NCBI RefSeq assembly: GCF_016432865.1
Contig: NC_067398.1
Location: 312,170,001-312,234,000 of the forward strand
Direction: 5' to 3'
Origin: Antechinus flavipes
Taxonomy: Eukaryota
Length of the DNA: 64,000 bases
The position numbers were made by a program, and so were the translations under genes. Positions within the stretch are counted from its first letter, which is position 1. Each line of letters begins with the position of its first letter. The notes beneath the pieces were generated by a model, which saw only the letters and a list, made by a program, of their open reading frames with translations, searched no databases and had not been told where the DNA came from. Shown piece after piece: positions 45,701 to 56,500 of this stretch.

Positions 45701-47382
45701 GTCACTAGCATGGTGGCTCAGGTTAGAGTCTCCCTCAGCATCCCCATTTTAGTTGAATTCTACCAGAAACTGAAGTAGTCTCTCAGATCACCCCAGGGAA
45801 CATTGTCTCTAGATGTTGTTTCTGGATCTCTCCTTTCCTGAAGATCTTCCTCACATCCCCAATCAAAAATAATTAAATCTTCCTGCAGAAATAGTCTTGT
45901 TCTTCCCCCTTTCAAGTTGAATATCCTCCTTCCCAATGAAGTACTGATTCTCCACCTCCAGTACATGAATTACCGTTCACTGTGGGTCCTCACTTCTCCC
46001 TTTCCACCTATGAATCAGTCAGTCGGCCTTAAGGTTTTTACTGTCTATTCTCTGCCTATTGTCCTATTCCATGTGGAATGCTCCACAGGTGTTCCCCTAT
46101 CTACTTTTGGGGGGTTCTCTTGAAGCTGTGTTCCCTGTAATCTGAACTCGTCATCTCTGAAGTGTCACATCTTCTATAATTCCTGACTTCCCACTTCCCT
46201 TGATTTAACCTCAAAATGCATTCCCTAAGCCTATGTCCTTTGACTCTATGGCCTTGTGATCCTGATTTCTTGTTTCCCATGGCCCCTGACCTCACCTGTC
46301 CCCATATTTCCTGATCTCATTTCTCATGACCCCTTATGTTATTTATACTTCTTGTAATTCTTGACCTGATGATCGTGGTGGTGACTACAGAATGGAGATG
46401 CAGCAGCTTCCCTAACAGTGGCCGAACAGTATGTCAGCGCTTTCTCCAAACTGGCAAAGGATTCCAACACCATTCTGCTACCTTCTAATCCTGGAGATGT
46501 CACTAGCATGGTGGCTCAGGTTAGAGTCTCCCTCAGCATCCCCATTTTAGTTGAATTCTACCAGAAACTGAAGTAGTCTCTCAGATCACCCCAGGGAACA
46601 TTGTCTCTAGATGTTGTTTCTGGATCTCTCCTTTCCTGAAGATCTTCCTCACATCCCCAATCAAAAATAATTAAATCTTCCTGCAGAAATAGTCTTGTTC
46701 TTCCCCCTTTCAAGTTGAATATCCTCCTTCCCAATGAAGTACTGATTCTCCACCTCCAGTACATGAATTACCGTTCACTGTGGGTCCTCACTTCTCCCTT
46801 TCCACCTATGAATCAGTCAGTCGGCCTTAAGGTTTTTACTGTCTATTCTCTGCCTATTGTCCTATTCCATGTGGAATGCTCCACAGGTGTTCCCCTATCT
46901 ACTTTTGGGGGGTTCTCTTGAAGCTGTGTTCCCTGTAATCTGAACTCGTCATCTCTGAAGTGTCACATCTTCTATAATTCCTGACTTCCCACTTCCCTTG
47001 ATTTAACCTCAAAATGCATTCCCTAAGCCTATGTCCTTTGACTCTATGGCCTTGTGATCCTGATTTCTTGTTTCCCATGGCCCCTGACCTCACCTGTCCC
47101 CATATTTCAGTACTCACATGCATCTCCTCTCCCTGGTGTCTTGTTCCCGTCTCTTGTTCCCCCATTTTCATGCCTCTGTCCCTTGCCCTAATTTTTTATG
47201 TGTTATTACACCAATCATGTAATTTTGTTTTTTTCCAATCCCAGGCCATGGGTGTGTATGGAGCCCTTGCCAAAACCTCTACCACCGAGGCACCACGCTC
47301 AGTCTCTGATGGAAAAATCAGGGTTGCCCAGCGTGCAAATACTGGTCAGGATGAAGAACTGGAACGTGTAAAACTGAGTTAG
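42344..47382 (+). CDS. STOML2: Stomatin-like protein 2 (SLP-2), mitochondrial SPFH protein, 356 aa; exons 42344-42388, 43094-43231, 43534-43633, 43928-43986, 44074-44175, 44389-44523, 44883-45027, 45149-45228, 45593-45721, 47245-47382 (extra exon 9 copy at 46391-46519)
   Basis: Peptides MLVRAARG, VVLFVPQQEAWVVERMGRFHRILEP, DNVTLQIDGVLYLRIMDPYK, ASYGVEDPEYAVTQLAQTTMRSELGK, VEAERRKRATVLESEG, AMGVYGAL...ELERVKLS*. GT-AG introns; 1071 nt with a single exon 9. Confidence 0.96.
45277..47108 (+). repeat. 798-bp direct tandem array, ~2.3 units (A 236 bp x3, B 562 bp x2)
   Basis: Read directly; identical ORF-track translations recur at 798-bp offsets (45303/46101/46899; 45760/46558; 45917/46715). Confidence 0.97.
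46391..46519 (+). CDS. STOML2: Second identical copy of STOML2 exon 9 (43 aa, phase 0-0)
   Basis: Same 129 nt and same flanking ctacag|...|GTTAGA splice sites as 45593-45721, offset by 798 bp. Confidence 0.6.
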
Positions 47383-47527
47383 CAGAGCCTAGCTTGGCTT
47401 GTGGGCCCTGGGAATCCTGGGAGAGGCTTCTGATCCAGGACCCATCTTTACCCCACTGCCCTCAACACTTCTGGACCCCTCAGCCAAGATTTTGGTTTTT
47501 ATTTTTTTATTTGAACTTTAATCATGT

Positions 47528-47533
47528 AATAAA
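47528..47533 (+). terminator. STOML2 polyadenylation signal AATAAA
   Basis: AATAAA ~145 nt after the stop codon. Confidence 0.75.
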
Positions 47534-48449
47534 TACATCTAGTGGGACAGCAGCAAGAAGCAGTCTCATTGTCTTATAATTTGGGGGAAAGTTCAGGAAA
47601 CTGGTTTTATAGTTTTATGAGACTGTGGATTGACTTTTTCCTGCATACTCCACATCCATATTGGGGTTTGGAAGCATTTTTTTCCCTTCAGAAGTTGATA
47701 TGGCAAGTAAGGCAGGTATTAAGGAGGTTTTAAAAAGGAACACTGGAAACTCTCCACAACACCTCCATGCTTTCTGTTTTCCCATTGTAGAAGAGGGTAT
47801 TGGAGGCCTTCGAGAAGAATCTCTTGTTTCCTGTTGCCCTGGGGAATCACTGCTCAAACTTATGGGGTAATAATTACCTATTAAGGGTGATATGGAAAGC
47901 TCGATTTTTTTTCTTCTTACTGTCTTGAGGGATTTAAGACCAATCTCACCCTAGTTAGCCAACTGCACCATATAGCTTATACTCCCACATAAGTCCACCC
48001 CAGGGGCTTAGTCAAAATCCACAAAAAGCCTGCTCTTGCGGCATTTCTGCAATAACCTCTGGGTTCATCTCCCTTTGTTTTTGAGCTGACTTAACTAGGG
48101 CTGGACACCAGACAAAAGGACTTATAAACACTAGTGGAATGGAAGAATACTGGATCAAACAAAACTCTCACCTCAAATGCCACAATTCTGTTTAATCCTT
48201 TCCTCTTGCCCCCATTTAAAAGAGTTTGACCCCCTTCTGCTTCTACCCCTGATTAGTGTCACAGGCCTCAGAAGTGCTAACTGGGAGAAAATGTCCAATA
48301 CGAAGGGACCCTCTCAACTTCCTCCCCTTACTGCCAACCCAGAGTGGTGATTTGCAGATTAAGAAACATTTATAAACACCGTCTTGCCCAACACATGCTA
48401 GCTGCTGGGGATGCAAAGGCAAAAAAGGTCCCTCCACCGTTCAGGACTG

Positions 48450-49000
48450 CTGGGACGCCCATGCTGTCCCTGGGATGCCCTGCCTCAGACCTGCTGCCCT
48501 TTACTCCCTCTTCTTCATCCTTACGTGAATGTCCTCGGGAGGGGGCGCTCCAAGTGCGGCGCTCCACTCTAGCTTTGTGTGTCTCTTCTCCATGGTGTGC
48601 GGGACGGAGAAGAGGGCATTGGCGAAACGGAGCCACACTTCCGGTTCTTAGCGCTCTGCTTCCGGCTGCCTGCTGTGCTGCTCATAGGTGACTGAGGGTG
48701 TCTAGATATCTCGCCGGGGACCCCCTGGGACTATGAGCAGGGTGGGAGGGACGACCTCTTAGTATCCCTATGTTCCTGACCCCTTCCCCGGGTCGGGGAG
48801 GGTAGCTTGAATCCTTGTGTTTGCACGTCCCGTCCGTCCTTTGCCGCGTACTTTTCCGTCACCCTTCTACCTCAGGTGTGCTCCACGGCCCATGGCCTTC
48901 CCTCCCATCCCTCCGCGGCCCCCTGCCCGGGAGTCTCTTTAACCCCTCCCCTCCCCCTTCTGTGTCTCATACTCGTAACGTACCTTCCTCCCCTCAGTGT
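48450..49000 (+). promoter_or_regulatory. CpG island / PIGO promoter and non-coding exon 1 (candidate donor catag|GTGACT at 48687/8)
   Basis: CpG-rich; tandem ETS motifs ACTTCCGG (48638) and GCTTCCGG (48658); ATTGG ~48618; ATG-containing exon acceptor at 50538/9. Confidence 0.7.
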
Positions 49001-50539
49001 CCGCATGCCCTGCATCCTCCCGCCGACCCATATGTCTCTTCCACTCCTAAGGCTCCTCACTTCCTGCTAGTCTCTCCCTAATATCCCTCACCTCTTCCCC
49101 TTCGTTCCTGTGTTCCTGCATCCCCCAACCCCTACCCCTTACACCCTTAAAGCATCCCACTCCCCGCTACTCCTTTCACTATCCTTAACCCTTCCCTCTC
49201 TCGTGACCCCGTCCTCCTGACGCCGCCTTCCTGTGTCCCCAACATCTCTTCTCCTGACCCCATCTCCCCCAATGCTGTTTCTGCCTTCTTACTCTCTCTC
49301 CGTCACTTAGGCCCCAGTGTCCTGTCCTAGTAGCTCTCTTCCTTCACCACTGTCCACCTATTGGTGTATTTTAGGTTCTTCCCGACCTCTGCTTTGGGCA
49401 CTCCTTCATCCCCTTCTCCCCTCCCCCTTCCCTAATGGTTCCTTCCTTGGTGCTTAATCTTTCCAAATGGGGAGTGGCTTGTGCTTATGGTCCTGGTGAG
49501 GGTGACTTTGACAGGGGAGAGGCTGGTCTCAGGGGAGGGGGGGCTGGAGGGGGCTGGGAGGCGGTGCTTCTAAGCTGAAAAAGCAAAGGGCCCCATGCTG
49601 CTCACTGCCCAAACCTGTTTGTGGGGCAGGGAGGGAGTAGTAAAAGGAGAAAGTTTTAATTAAGAAAGAGAAAAAAATGAGAGGAGAAAGGATTCATAGG
49701 GATATCTTGGGTTAGAGAACTTGTTTTTTACTGTATCCCATGTCCCAGAGAAGTAGTTGTTGGAGTGATATTCCATTCTCACACTTGCTGTTCAGCCATT
49801 TCTTTCCAGCATTTAAGTGTCAGTCACATGCCAGACCGATATCATTTAACCCTCATTTCATACAATTCTTATGTGTAATAATAATATAAAAGTGCTAATA
49901 TTTCCCTGGCACTTTAAGGTTTGCAAAACATATTGAACATATTTTGCTTTTATCCTAACAACCACCCCAGAAGGTAGGTGCTATTATTATCTTCGTCTAA
50001 TCTCCAGTTTTCTTGGTATAGCTCCAGTTGCTGTAGTACAAGATTTCTAACCAAAAAATAAGGAGGACCTAACACTGATGAATTCCTCAGGTCTGATGAA
50101 AGTCATAAGATCCTAGCTCTAAAGAGAGAACCTACCATAGAGACCATGTAGTTAGATTTACAGAAATGAAAACTGAGACATAGCATGAAACAGCCCATAC
50201 CGTTAGTGAAGTAGGATGGAACTATTTTTATTTAAAAATTACAGTAATCAAACTTGGAATGAAAGGTGACTTGTACTGTTGAGTTAGAGAATGGGTTCAA
50301 GGAAGGCTTATTAAGATAGTGACTTTGAACTGAAATTTGATTGAAAAGAGAACCTGTTTTCTGTAGCTTAAGTGTTCTTGATTAGTCTGCCTTGAAGATT
50401 TATATGAGAGAGAGATAGAAAAAGGGATTCATGGGGGTGGGGGGGGCGGAGAGAGGGAAGAGAGAGAGGGAAAATGTGCACAAGAGTTTGAATGAGCAAT
50501 GAGAACTTAAGTAATGTGTCTGTCTTTCTGATATACAGA

Positions 50540-53500
50540 ATGCTGAAGGCCCTGGTATTGCTTTTCCTGGCCTGGGTCTGCTTCCTCTTTTATGCTGGAA
50601 TTGCTCTCTTCACCAGTGGCTTCCTGCTCACCCGACTGGAGCTTACTAATCATAGCAGCTGTCAGGAATTGCCTGGAAAGGGACCTCTGGTGGGAGGTGG
50701 CCGAGGTGAACCCGGAGCCTGCTGGACAGCTCCCCGATTTTCCCGAGCTGTGGTAGTGTTGATAGATGCACTTCGATTCGATTTTGTACAACCTTGGTCA
50801 GGTGGCCTTCCTGCCCAATACCCCTACCTAGGAAAACTAGGTTCCATACAGCACCTTTTGGAAACCGAGCCACAACATGCCCGCCTGTATCGGTTCCTGG
50901 CTGACCCACCCACCACCACCATGCAGAGACTCAAGGCCCTCACCACAGGCTCTTTACCTACCTTCATTGATGCTGGGAGCAACTTTGCTAGCTATGCCAT
51001 CCAGGAAGATAACCTCATCGCTCAGCTCAACAACACTGGTCAGTCTAAAAAGATTATGGAATGTTAGAATCTTAGAATGTTAACGTTTTAGGATGTTAAA
51101 ATGATATTAACCTAGAATTGAAAGGGATCATCAGGCCAGATTCCCACTCAGTGAGGAATCCCTTCTCTAAAACCATGATGAGGAGTTATCCTGCATTTGC
51201 TTTTATACGTTTAGCAGCAATGTTAATCATTAGAAATTTCAATTCTGAAACTTAAATCTGTTGCTCCCAACTACAAAATAAGTATGCTTCTTTGTGATAG
51301 TCCTTTGCTATTTGAAGATAGCTATTATGTCTACCTTAGACTATTTTACCCAGGTTAAATGTCCTCAAGTCATTCAGTCCATCTTTATATGATAATATTT
51401 TCAGGCCATCACACATCATTCTGGTCATACCAATATGTTCCTGCTATTCTCCCCTTAATATCAGTTTGTTAATGTTGATATCATGGTACCCAAAGGGAAC
51501 ACAACATTTCTAAAGTGTTGTGTGTTACCTCCTGCAGTTATATTTCTTTTAAACATTAATGTCTAAACTATATTAAATACTATATTCCTTCTAATTTAGC
51601 CTAAAGTCACAGTTTTTTTGGTCTCATAATTGATTCATATTGTAAGCCCAGACCTCTTAAAAAACTCAATACTTGAACTGCTGTTAAGACAAAGAGGTTA
51701 GTGTAGTAAAGAACTTTAGAGACTAGGTAATCTAGGATTTTTTTTGCCTGGAGTCCATGAGCTTTAAAAAACATATATGTATATACATGTTAACTATTTA
51801 TTCGTTACAATTGGTTTCCTTTGTAAATCCTATGTGTTGTTTTTTATGCATTTAAAAACATTATTCTGAGAAAGGCTTCTTGGGTTTTATCTACTAATGA
51901 AGAGGTCAGTAATACAAAGAACCAGATGAACCTATGTTGTGGCCCAACCCTCTTAATTTTTTGAATGTACTAGGTCTAGTCAAGTGAAATGATTTACCTA
52001 AAATGGTACAATTAATTTGTGGAAGAGTTGTCACTAGAGCCCAGATGCTCTTCCAGTCTTATGCTTTTTCACAATATGCTACAGGTTCTTCTCATACTTT
52101 ACCTTCCTTCCTTGTGTGTTCTCTTCACTATCACAGAGTCTCCACTTTCTTTGAGGCTTTTTTCCTACTGTTTTATCTGTCTCTGTTCTCCTTATCAGCA
52201 ATTTAAACCCCCGATGCATACCCAGCCCTGTGCTAAACTTTGTTGGCCCACAATAAGGATATAGTCTTTCCCCTCCCCCCCAAAAAAGTTTACAACATAA
52301 TTGAGGAAAATTATTTACTTTTATTAAACAACTAGAGAATGATAAAAGAAACAAACTCTTTGGTGGACTGGATTATTTTTGATTGTTGACTGGTACAACT
52401 AAGTATTTATGTGGTGAATTGTTTTTATCAGACTACTATAGATTAGCTATTTGAAAGGAAAGATTATGGTAGATTAGAATGGTTGGGTAAGGTTTCATAT
52501 AGGAGGCATGACTTGAATTGCATTTTTAGTAATGGGTAGGATTTGGATAAGCAAAGAATGAGGAGGGGAGGGTATTACAGATGGTATGAATGGTATAAGC
52601 AAGGGCTGGGATGTAAAAATGGAAATGGGTCATTGCCTTTTGAAAAGAATGACATGGCTAAAGCAAAAGATTTATATTGATGAGGGAAGAAAAGAAGGGA
52701 GAATTGTAGAGTGAGGCCATATTATAAAGTAATCTTCAAAAATTTTCCCTGACTCTTCCAATGCTGCAGGGAAACGTGTGGTCTTCATGGGGGATGACAC
52801 TTGGAAGGGGCTGTTCCCAGGAGCTTTCTCTCAAGCCTTCTTCTTCCCATCTTTCAATGTTAAAGATCTACACACTGTGGACAGTGGCATTCTGGAGCAC
52901 CTCTACCCTACCAGTGAGTAGTCCTAAATGGGATCTGGGCTTAGATTTTAATGGAAGGGAGAAGTGGGGATAGACCAGTCTTATATTTGGGCCATATTCT
53001 GATAAACTCAATTTGTAAAATATAGAATTAAGACCATTGGAGACTATTTGTATTTGTCCCAACATACATTGGATCTGATTTTGAGCTGCAGTATGCAGAG
53101 GGGTAAAGATGTGATGCTTTGAAAGTCCTTTGGATGGTACTTTCCTGGGTGATGAGATTTGGAGTCAATTTCCATTGGTAGAGGATATTAAAGGCTGAGA
53201 AATGAAGGAGGGGTATCAGGTACTTTGTCTCAGTGTTGCTATCTACAGTGGACAGAGATGACTGGGACCTGCTGATTGCTCACTTCCTGGGTGTAGATCA
53301 CTGTGGCCACAAACATGGTCCCCACCATCCTGAGATGGCCAAGAAGCTGAACCAGATGGACCAGGTGCTTCAGTAAGTTGTACCAGAGAAATTTAGTTGT
53401 AGGCAGGAAGCAGGGCCTAAATTGATGATGGAGCAAAGATAGTAACTCTTTGGGGATAGAGAGGGAGGGAAAATGAGAGAGGAAAACAGACAAACAGACA

Positions 53501-56500
53501 CAGAGGAGTAAGAGTGTTTTGAGTGTGGTAGGGGGTAATTAGGTATGGAGCATGATCTGGTCAGGACTGCTTTCATCTTCTAATATAGTGTGGGAGTAGA
53601 TCACTCTATATTTGTTGGTTCTCTATCGAAGTACTTAATGTGATTAGACATTCATTATTGAGATTTTGTCTAATACTCTGCTGGCTCCACTTAATTATTG
53701 CCACCAGTATTCCCTTTCAGAAATTTGAGGTCATGTTTATTTGGGTTCCCTCTATCATTGAGTAACTTGGGGTCTCATTGAAAACTAACCTGAGGGTAAT
53801 GGGGTCTGATTACCAGTGGGACTTTAGACAGAGCAGTTAACCTATCTGGACTTCAGTTTCTTTTTATGAATTAGAAAATTTATTTGAACTGTTTGCTTCA
53901 TAGAGTTTTATCATGTTAGGGCTAAACAAGATAACTTGGCATCCTGTAAAACCACAAACTCCTAAGACTGCTCTTTTAATGAGTGCCAGGGGTCAAGGGA
54001 TGACTATACTCAGGGTAGTATCTTCCCAAAGGTTTCTTCTCTTCCCCCCACTGTTTTGTGCCGTGCAATTAGGACTCTTGTGGAGCGACTGGAGAATGAT
54101 ACATTGCTGGTGGTGGCTGGAGATCATGGCATGACAGAGACAGGAGACCATGGTGGGGACAGCAAGCCAGAAGTAATGGCTGCCCTCTTTCTCTACAGTT
54201 CTTTGCCCCTTTTCCCCAGGGCACCCCCGGAGGTAAGTTCAAAAAGCCATTAGTTTTTTTTCCCAGGTCTTCTCTTCCCTTTTGACCCCTTGGACTCTTT
54301 TTCTCTTTTTGATCTCATTATCTATTAGGTGACTATTTCATCCTCTTCCCCACAATTAACAAGCCACCTCCATATTATCCCTTACCTCAGATATTTTATT
54401 GTCCCCATACTTCTACCACCTTCCCATCCCTTCCCTTTCTCTTTAGATACCTTATTTTAATCACTTTTACCTATCTCTATCACTTTTAAATGTTCTTTTC
54501 TTTGCTCCTCCTCATTGCACTCTGGACTTTGGTCTTTTTCCTCCACCCTTTCCACTGATTCTTTCCTACCTTTGGTTTTATTGCCTCCAGGACCCGGAAG
54601 TGGTTCCCCAGGTGAACCTGGTACCGACACTCGCCCTTCTGCTTGGCCTGCCTATACCTTTTGGAAATATAGGAGAGGTGATGGTGGATCTGTTTTCAGG
54701 AGAAGTAGATACCCAGCCTCTTGCTACAGCTTTTGCACAAGCCTCTGCCTACCATCTCAATGCCCAACAGGTATGGGAGCAGGGGACAGGGCTGTCTTGG
54801 ACTAGAATCTAGGAGTTAGAAACTTGAACAGAAAACCTACAACCCATGCCTTCATGTTCATCCTTTCTCTACCTATCATCTCCTGACCCATTTCTGTTCT
54901 TTACTTATCCTATATAAGATGTGGGTTCTAGCCCTGGGGCTTTCTGGCTACTGTACATTTCTGTTTTTTCCCCCCTCCACCCTTTCCATGCCTTATTGAC
55001 ATTTTCTTTCCTGTACTCTTTCTGCAGGTATCCCGTTTTCTTCATGCTTACTCATTAGCTGCCCAGGACTTGCCCCCTGAGGAATTGCAGCGCCTTCAGA
55101 ACCTCTTTTCCTCTGCATCTTCTGAATACGAGCGACTGCTAGATCAGCTGAAGAATGAAGAGGTCAGAGAGGCCGACGTACAGGCTCTGATCTCCCAGCT
55201 GAGATTGTTCTTGCAGGGAGCGAGGACAGCCTGCACAGAGACATGGGCTCGATTCCGCCCAGCCCGAATGATAGGGGGCACTGTGCTCCTGGCCTTCACC
55301 TGCCTCCTCTGCCTAGTGACCTCTGGGCTCACCAGCTCCCCTGACTTCCCTTTCCTAGGCCTGCTCCTAAAGTCTGTGGCCTGGGGCCTGGTAGGAGCTG
55401 CCTTGCTAGCTGGGGGACTGATAGTAGGAAGGAGTGGGCTAGACCCAGCTCTGTTGTGTTCGGGTGGTGCAGCCACTTCCCTCATGGCCTTCCTCTGGGC
55501 TTTAAAATGGAGAGAGAAGCCACCAATGGCAGTCTTTCTCCCAGGCCCTTTGCCCATCCTGGTGCTCCTTTTTCTTCGATCTGCTGCCCTCTTTTCTGAC
55601 AGCTTTGTCCTGGCTGAGGCCCGGGCAGCCCCCTTCCTTTTGTGTTCATTGTCCCTGTTTGTGGTGGCTCAGCTGCACTGGGAGGGCCGGCTTCTGGTGG
55701 GGGGACCCACAGCTTCTTGCCTCAGTTCTCCCACAGCATCTGTGGCACGGCGGGAGGGTCCTCGGGCCTTGGGGCTATTGGTTGGCCTGCTCCTGTGTGT
55801 ACGTCTGTCCAGTCTCTTCCATCGCTGCCCAGAAGAGACACCTGTTTGCCAATCATCACCCTGGTTAGCTCCTTTATCTTCAGTGGGTGGTGGCCAGGCC
55901 AAAAACCTTTGGTATGGGGCATGTCTAGGGGCACTAGGGGTGCTCGTCCTGTCTGTAAGATTTTGGCTGCGCCGCTGTGGGAATCTGAACAGCTCTGCAC
56001 CTCCAATCCTCTTTGTGCGCTGGGGATTGCCACTGATGGCTCTGGGCACTGCTGCTCACTGGGCATTGGCTTCAGGCTCAGATGAGGCACCCCCCAGGCT
56101 GCAGGCCCTGGTGTCTGGAGCTGTGATAGGGTTGCCACGGGTTGTATTGGGTCTGGCAGCCATAGGACTAGGACTGCTTCTTTGGCAGCCTGTCACAGTA
56201 TTGGTCAAGACTGGGGCAAGCAGCCCCAACCCCATCGTTGTCCCTTTTGTGGGACCCCCTGCTTCCCAAGCTGACTTGGACTATGTAGTCCCTCAGATCT
56301 ACCGTCGAATGCAGGAGGCACTGAGGGGGAAGCTGGCTGGGGGTGGGGGCCAGACACCACTGGCACTGGCAGCCTACGGGCTGGGGAGTGTGTACTCTGC
56401 CGCCGTGGTGACCACTCTTGCCCTGCTGGCCTTCCCGCTGCTGCTGCTACACACTGAGCGGATCATCCTCGCCTTCCTGATCCTCTTCCTTCAGAGTTTC

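Noticed and set aside
45277-47108. Array as a CRISPR or LTR element
   Set aside because: Eukaryotic intron/exon sequence with no spacers, and no TG...CA ends, primer-binding site or TSD.
55144-56138. Antisense and alternative-frame ORFs over PIGO exon 7 (likewise over ATOSB 35993-36586)
   Set aside because: Expected shadows of GC-rich coding exons.
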